Below, piece by piece: positions 56,863 through 64,000 of a stretch of DNA of 64,000 nt. A model generated the notes under the pieces. The model was not told where the DNA came from. It ran no database searches and saw only the letters and a list, made by a program, of their open reading frames with translations. Position 1 is the stretch's first letter. Each line of letters begins with the position of its first letter. The stretch is taken from assembly GCF_009914755.1 (NCBI RefSeq), contig NC_060927.1. One strand, given 5' to 3'. Source of the DNA: the human T2T-CHM13v2.0 reference genome, Homo sapiens. Made by a program: the position numbers and the translations under genes.

Positions 56863-57862
56863 GTGAGAGGCAAGAGGTCAGGTGAATATGGCAGATGAGG
56901 CAAAACTCTGCAGCCCAATTTGTTCAACTTTTGAAGCCTTAGGTTGTGCAGCATGTGGTCAGGCGTGGTCATGGAGAAGAATTGGGCCCTTTCTGTCGAC
57001 CAGTGCTGGCTGCAGGTGTTGCAGGTTTCAGTGGATGTCATCGATTTCCTGAGCATACTTCTCAGTTGTCATGGGTTCGCCAGGATTCAGAAAGCTGTAG
57101 TGGATCAGACCGGCAGCAGAGACCACCGTGATCTTTTTTTGGTGCAAGTTTGGCTTTGGGAAGTGCTTTGGAGCTTCTTCTCAGTCCAACCACTGAGCTG
57201 GTCATCACTCGTTGTCATATAAAATCCACTCTTCGTCGCATGTCACAGTCTGATCGAGAAACGATTCATTGTTGTTGCATAGAATAAGAGAAGACCACAC
57301 CTCAAAACAGCAATTTTAAAAAAATTTTTGCTCAACTCATGAGGCATCCACTTATCGAGCTTTTTTACTGTTCCAATTTGCTTCAAATGTCGAACTACTG
57401 TAGAATGGTTATCGCTGAGTTCTTTGGCAACTTCTCATATAGTTGTAAGAGGATCAGCTTCAATGATTGCTCTCAATTGGTCATTGTCAACTTATGCTTC
57501 TCATCTTCAAGGCTCTCTTCTCTTTTGCAGAACTTCTTAGACCACTGCTGCACTGTATGTTCATTAGCAGTTCCTGGGCCAAATGCATTGTTGATGTTGT
57601 GAGTTATATCTGCCGTTTTACAACCCATTTTGGACTCAAATAAGAAAATTGCTTGAATTTGCTTTTTGTCTAACATCATTTCCATAGTCTAAAATAAATA
57701 TAAAATAAACAGCAAGTACTAAGTCATTAGCAAAAACACAAAGTGAGAAATGTGCATTAAAATGATGTGTAACATAACCATATTTATTGAAGAATGCATT
57801 CCCACATCATTGTTGCAAATATGAACAGTGCAAAAACTGCAGTTCCTTTTGCACCAACCTAT
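56863..57862 (-). mobile_element. Hsmar1 mariner transposon, decayed and 3'-truncated (5' TIR 57833-57862, transposase ATG at 57685)
   Basis: MEMMLDKKQIQAIFLFESKMG...NINNAFGPGTANE N-terminus and the LPHLPYSPDL motif. TIR aaaactgcagttccttttgcaccaaccta. Similarity ends just after YSPDL; frameshifts and stops present. Confidence 0.93.
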
Positions 57863-57910
57863 TTGCATCAACAATTTTACCTAACTGGTCCATGTTAAGA
57901 AATGTGTGTG

Positions 57911-58233
<323 letters not shown>

Positions 58234-58239
58234 TTATAC

Positions 58240-58273
58240 GTCGCTTCTCGTCCTTTCGGCTAAGATCGAGTAT
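58240..58273 (+). pseudogene. Second U2 snRNA 5'-fragment (nt ~1-33), tailless retropseudogene
   Basis: gTCGCTTCTCGTCCTTTCGGCTAAGATCGAGTAT matches the U2 5' end. CpG-decayed TSD tacatgtgcattat (58224-58237) / tatgtgtgcgttat (58271-58284). Confidence 0.82.
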
Positions 58274-58658
58274 GTGTGCGTTATGTCCTGTGTCAGTTAA
58301 GAGGTGTGTGTTTTTTCTTTTCATGTTGTTGGAATACATAATTTGTCTTCCTTTTTATAGTGCTCACTCCAGGAAAATCCAGCAGGCTGTTTGTGTACAT
58401 ACACATATACTGTGAAAAGACTTCAAAACACCATCCTCTTGTGTCAGTCGTCTAAAACGGACCACTTTTGTATTCCTGATAGGAAACTTGCCTGTGGTGA
58501 TTGCTTGGTATTTTATCATTGTCTGCTTGTCCTCTTTTCCCACCCCTTCCTCACTGTCACTTTCCTCTCCTGGAGAATGTACCATCTTAGTGAGGTGTAA
58601 TAGGTTTCTTTTTCTTTCAGAGGAAATGTGAGGGGGACAGTCAGAAATTGCCACAGAC

Positions 58659-58963
58659 AGCTGGGTACAGTGGCTCACACTTGTAATCCCAGCACTTTGG
58701 GAGGCTGAGGTGGGTGGATCACCTGAGGTCAGGAGTTCGAGACCAGCCTGGTCAACATGTTGAAACCCCATCTCTACTACAAAAATTAACCAGGCTTGGT
58801 GGCGGGCACCTGTAATCTTAGCTACTCGGGAGGCTGAGGCAGGAGAATCGCTTGAACCTGAGAGGCGAAGTTTCCAGGGAACTGAGATCGCCCCACTGCA
58901 CTCCAGCCTGGGAGACAGAGGGAGACTCTGTCCCCCCTTCCCCCAGAAAAAAGCCAAAAAGAA
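58659..58963 (+). mobile_element. AluS
   Basis: TSD agaaattgccacagaca. Confidence 0.9.
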
Positions 58964-60039
58964 AGAAATTGCCACAGACATAATGAAATCTTCTGCTGGT
59001 CAGAGCTAGACGGCTGCTCTCTCTCGGTCTTCCCTTCCCTGGCTCTTCCAAGAAAGCTATCAGTGAAAGGACAAATAAGTTATCACCTGAGAACTCGCTT
59101 CTATTAGTGTCACAAAATGAGGCTCTTGCAAGCTTTTCTTGTCGAAACACGGCACTGGCAGTTGTGGCTATGACAAGATCAAAACTTTTCTAGCAGACCA
59201 GCTTTCTCATGTGACTAGTTTGTTCACTTGGCTCACATTTGGGGTCTCCCTCCACCTTTTTGCCCCTGCCCTGGGACACCCATCATCTCCTCACCAAATC
59301 TATGGACAAAGCCCTAGAATAGCTAGAGTCACTCCAGGCCTCTAGCAAAAAAGGAAGAAATAACAGTGAATTTGCAAATATGCATTGACTGCCCTGCCAA
59401 GCATTTCCAGAGAGTGGAGAAAGCTATCTGAGAAACTCCACATCATTCATCTTTCCGTATTCCACCTGCTGGGACTGAAGTTTCTACAATAAAGAGTAAC
59501 GGAGTGTCATCTCCAGGTCAGTCCTCTGAATTCCTTCTAGAACAGTGGGTAGACTTCATCTTACACAATTGCTGTTGCATCACCAGCCACACATTCACTG
59601 TTTAAAAAGAAACCGGCCCCAGGATATGGTGCTGCCTGCACTGTTCCCCTGCCGGGGATGCACTTGGTTCAGCCCCTTAAGAAGACCATGTGCCTATTTC
59701 TGCTGACGTTACACATGCACCCCGCCCTCTGAGCCAGAAATACCACACTTAAGTATATCCCCAAGAAAAATATTGACAAAAGACTTGTGCATATGAGCCT
59801 TATTCATAATAGCCACAAACTGAAAACAGCCTAAATGTCCATCAGTGGGAACACAGATATAGAAGTTATAGACTGTTCATACAATGGAATATTATGCTGC
59901 ACTTACAAATAATGAACTATATAGATTTACACAAAAGCAAAACAGTGGGTAATGCATGATTCCATTTATGTAAAGTGTGAGAACAGGTCCATCCACAAAA
60001 TTAATCCATAGTGATGAAAGTCAGAACAGTGGGGAGGAG

Positions 60040-60480
<441 letters not shown>

Positions 60481-60798
60481 TTAGATTTCTGCATTTGAGT
60501 GTTTGAAAATTAAAGAATAGCTCATATATATTACACATTAATTTCCCAAATATATTGCTTCCACAAAGCTTAAAAAAATTAGCAGCACATACCAAATAGT
60601 CAAATATTAAAAATCTTGACAGTGTCAAGTGTTGGCAAGGATATGAATGCAGGAACTCTCATGTTGTTGGTAAGGAGATAACTGATATGATCACTCTTTA
60701 GAAAATAGTTTGGCAGTATCTAGTAAAATGAATCTAAGAGATTCCATTTCTATGTCTGTCCCCTAGAGAAACTCATATATGTGTACCAAGAGATGTAT

Positions 60799-61083
60799 AG
60801 GCCAGGCGCGGTGGCTCATGGCTGTGAGCAACTTTGGAGCCGAGGCAGGTAGATCACTTGAGCCCAGGAGTTTGAGACCAGCCTCAGCAACATGGTGTTT
60901 TATCTCTACAAAAAAGTAAACAAAATTAGCCTGGCATGGTGGCACCCACCTGTAGTCCCAGCTATTTTGGGGAGCTGAGGTGGGAGGATCGCTTGAGCCC
61001 AGGAGGCAGAGGTTTAGTGAGCCAAGATTGTGCCACTGCACTCCAGTCTGGGTGACAGAGCGAGACCTGGTCTTAACAAAAAA
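60799..61083 (+). mobile_element. AluJ
   Basis: ggaggatcgcttgagcccagg right arm. Confidence 0.87.
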
Positions 61084-61096
61084 GAAGACATGTGGC

Positions 61097-61383
61097 TGGC
61101 CGCAGTGGCTCACGCCTGTAACCCCAACATTGTGGGGGGACGAGGCTGGTGGATCCCTTCAGGTCAGGAGTTCGAGACCAGCCTGGCTAATGTGGCAAAA
61201 CCCTGTCTCTACTAAAAAAAAAAAAAATACAAAAATTAGCTGGGTCTGGTGGTGCGTGCCTATAATCCCAGCTACTTGGGAGGCTGAGGCATGAGAATCA
61301 CTTGAACCCAGGAGGTTGAGGCTGCAGTGAGTCAAGACTGCACTCCAGCCTGGGTGACAGGGCAAAACTGTCTCAAAAAAAAA
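61097..61383 (+). mobile_element. Alu inserted at the tail of the preceding Alu
   Basis: TSD aaaaaagaagacatgtgg on both sides. Confidence 0.88.
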
Positions 61384-63462
61384 GAAGACATGTGGGCAAG
61401 AATGTTTGTGGTGGTGATTTTCCTAATTACCCAAACCTAGAAATGCCTCAGGTGCCCATCATTAGCAGGCTGGATAAAGACGTAGTGGTGCAGTCATAGA
61501 ATAGAACATTTCACCACGATGGGAAAGAATGGCCCACTCAACAATATGAGTGCATCCGAGATTGGTAAAGTTAAGCAAGGCAGGCTGAATGAGAACTGGC
61601 CTCAAATTCAAACCTAATCTAAAAGGAATCACCTTTGAAGTCTTTTTACGTCTTAGCAAGCTTCTGAAGAAAACATTGTGCATTCCCAAAGATAAACTTC
61701 AAAACATGAGAAAACCCAATCTTTATTGCTTAGGAGTTTATATGTGGGTGGTAAAACTTAAAAGGAAACCCAAGTGATTATTTCAAAATGAGGATGGTGG
61801 TGACTTCTTGGGGGTGGATGAGAGAGTGACAAGGGGCTGGCTGGCCGGGTAGGGGAAGGCAAGGTCTTCTCGTGTTCTGAGTGTTGGTCACACACCCACA
61901 CACCAGAGCTCACTTCAGGATCATTTTTCAACAGTACCTTGATGTTTTGCACGCCTTTCTGCATGGGTGTTATATTTCACAATCAAAGAAGACAATGATT
62001 AACATTAGAAAGGAAGAGATTCAGACATTGCTTTCCTCTGGGACACATCAAGTTCCAAGTGGCCTCACAACAACCAAAGGGGAGTGACAGCACTTTTTAA
62101 AAACTTTCTTACCATAACTACCCCTGACAGGCTGTGTGTTCTCTCCACAAATTGATTGCAGTCCAATGAAAGAACTCTGCCTGCCTTGGAATTGTATCAT
62201 TAAGAGGTAACTCTGAGAGCAAATATCTCCTTGTAGAGATTAGAAACAGGAATCAGAAACAAAGGGGATGGGTTGTCAAGTGACAGGTTTAAACACAAAG
62301 GGCGCCTCACTGCTGCTGTGCTGGGGCATGCTTGCTCTGTCTGATTAGCCCAGCAGGGATCACTGCATATTCCAGAAACCCTCTGAGATACAACCACCAT
62401 GGCCCGCATCATATAGAAAGGCAAGCAAAGCAGTCAGAGGCGGGGCGACTTGCCCCAGCGTCACATCATGAGAAGTGACCCAGCCCAGAGTCTAACCAAG
62501 GTCTTCCTGACTTCAGACTGGCTCTTCTGACTCCAGGTCCTCTCCCGCTCAGATCCCTGCCAGGCTCCCCACCTACCTTTTTCCATCTTGATTGAAGCTC
62601 ATCATATGGGTTTTGTTGAAGGGGCAAGTGAAGACATATTGAACAGGACCATAATCTGTCACTGTCACCCTGACACCATTGTGACTATCCTTGTGGTCCA
62701 AAAGCTCGAAATAAGCCATCTGAGGCCAAATGGCTGAAGTTTCTGAAAATATCTTTTGTGGACTTTGGAAGAAGAGGACAAATTCTAGAACAAGCGACTT
62801 TTGGGAAAAATGAATCCTGAGGCAGAAATGTCATTATAATCCAGCAGCAAGAAAATGGAGCAGAGCTGAGTTGCTGTGAGGGGTTCTTGCCTGTTTTTGT
62901 GTGTGTGAACTGCCAAGCTCCCTGAATCAGAGTCCACACATCCTTCCATCAACTGACTGCCTAAGGTGCTGAGGGTAAAATGAACAATATTTCTCTTGTC
63001 CTTGGAAAAATTTTAGTCTCATGAAGAATCTTTTTTTTTTTTTTTTAATTTTTTTGCCCTTGACTTTCTTAGCGTAAAGACTAATGTTACTTGCATGCAA
63101 AGTAATCTCACGTTGAACCTTTGGAATGAGCTTTATTAAAAGTCTCCATTATGGAATACTTTTAAAGAAACAGAATTTTGTTATTTTTCACTTGAAGTTG
63201 GACTCTTAGGAACACAACTGAATGAGGTTTCTAGAGCAGTACTTCAAAGTTCAGGCTGGCCTGGGTTTGAATTCTGGCTCTCCAGTTTGGGAGCTGTGTG
63301 ACCCCAGTACAAATTACTGAACCTCTCTGTCCCTGACTTTCTGCCTTGTAAAATTAGGATAATGAAAGTGCTTATCTCACGAGTATCATCGCTAAATGCA
63401 TTAAGACAGGGAAAACACAGAGAAAAGAAGGCGTGCCTGGTATGTGTTCAGTGCCCTCTAAA

Positions 63463-63682
63463 TCAGTGGTCAGCAAACTATAATCTGCAGACCAAATCCA
63501 GCCCACTGCTTGCTTTTGTAAATAAAGTTTCATTGGAACACAGCTGCACTCACTTGTTTACATATCATCTATGGCTACTTTTGCACAACAATGGCAAACT
63601 TGAGTAGCCGTGACAGACGCACTGGCCTGCACCACCTTATGTGTTTAATCTCTGGCCCTTTAAAGAAAAAGTTTGTCAATCC
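63463..63682 (+). mobile_element. MER58A
   Basis: cagtggtcagcaaacta...tttttgtaaataaagttttcattggaacacagc...ctggccctttaaagaaaaagtttg. Confidence 0.82.
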
Positions 63683-64000
63683 TACCTCATCTAAACGGTA
63701 GCTATTGTAGTAGCTCTACTAATAGTGTTGCCTGCACCCAGTAATTTGTTTATGTTGGGGCAATGTAAATACTCACTCAGGTCATTACTTACCATTTGCT
63801 AGGCTTTACAGAGATAGGTTTCAGTTTTCATTTTGCCAAGATCATCACATGTTTCAACTGAATTAATGAGGGTTCTGTTTTAATGTTTAACTTAAAGAAA
63901 TCCTCCAAATTATTTTCTCCCTTTTGAACAGGAAAACCAATGCTGTATTATCTATAGCTCACTGATAATTTTGAACATCTCAACATGCAACAAAGTTTCC

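Noticed and set aside
56863-57685. Functional mariner transposase or SETMAR-like domestication
   Set aside because: Frameshifts, stops, an internal deletion near the ERSGRP linker, and loss of the C-terminus and 3' TIR.

Overview
Human (primate) genomic DNA, almost entirely intronic. One 67-nt coding exon (52076-52142, + strand, [22 protein letters not shown]) matches the carbonic-anhydrase-like ectodomain of PTPRG, so the window lies inside the long introns of PTPRG (3p14.2; probably exon 6 and the introns either side, from recall). Antisense in the upstream intron is the ID2 processed pseudogene ID2B (42911-44193), a near full-length retrocopy with a single nonsense change. It is inserted in the linker of an AluJ, which itself sits in an MLT1 LTR. 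The rest is a dense repeat record: about 22 Alus, a 5'-truncated L1PA, a 3'-truncated Hsmar1 mariner, a MADE1 interrupted by a BC200 retrocopy, THE1A/MST/MLT1/ERVL solo LTRs, MER2/5/20/58, MIR, L2 and old L1M pieces, and two tailless U2 snRNA 5'-fragment retrocopies in opposite orientation on either side of the exon. I cannot demonstrate a new biological system. The best leads are a templated-insertion scar carrying an inverted 50-bp copy of the neighbouring Hsmar1, the BC200-in-MADE1 insertion, the stop/restart layout of ID2B, the inverted U2 pair, a recursive-splice-like start of the PTPRG exon, and two recent tandem duplications. Repeat subfamily calls and many repeat boundaries are approximate and come from remembered consensus sequences.
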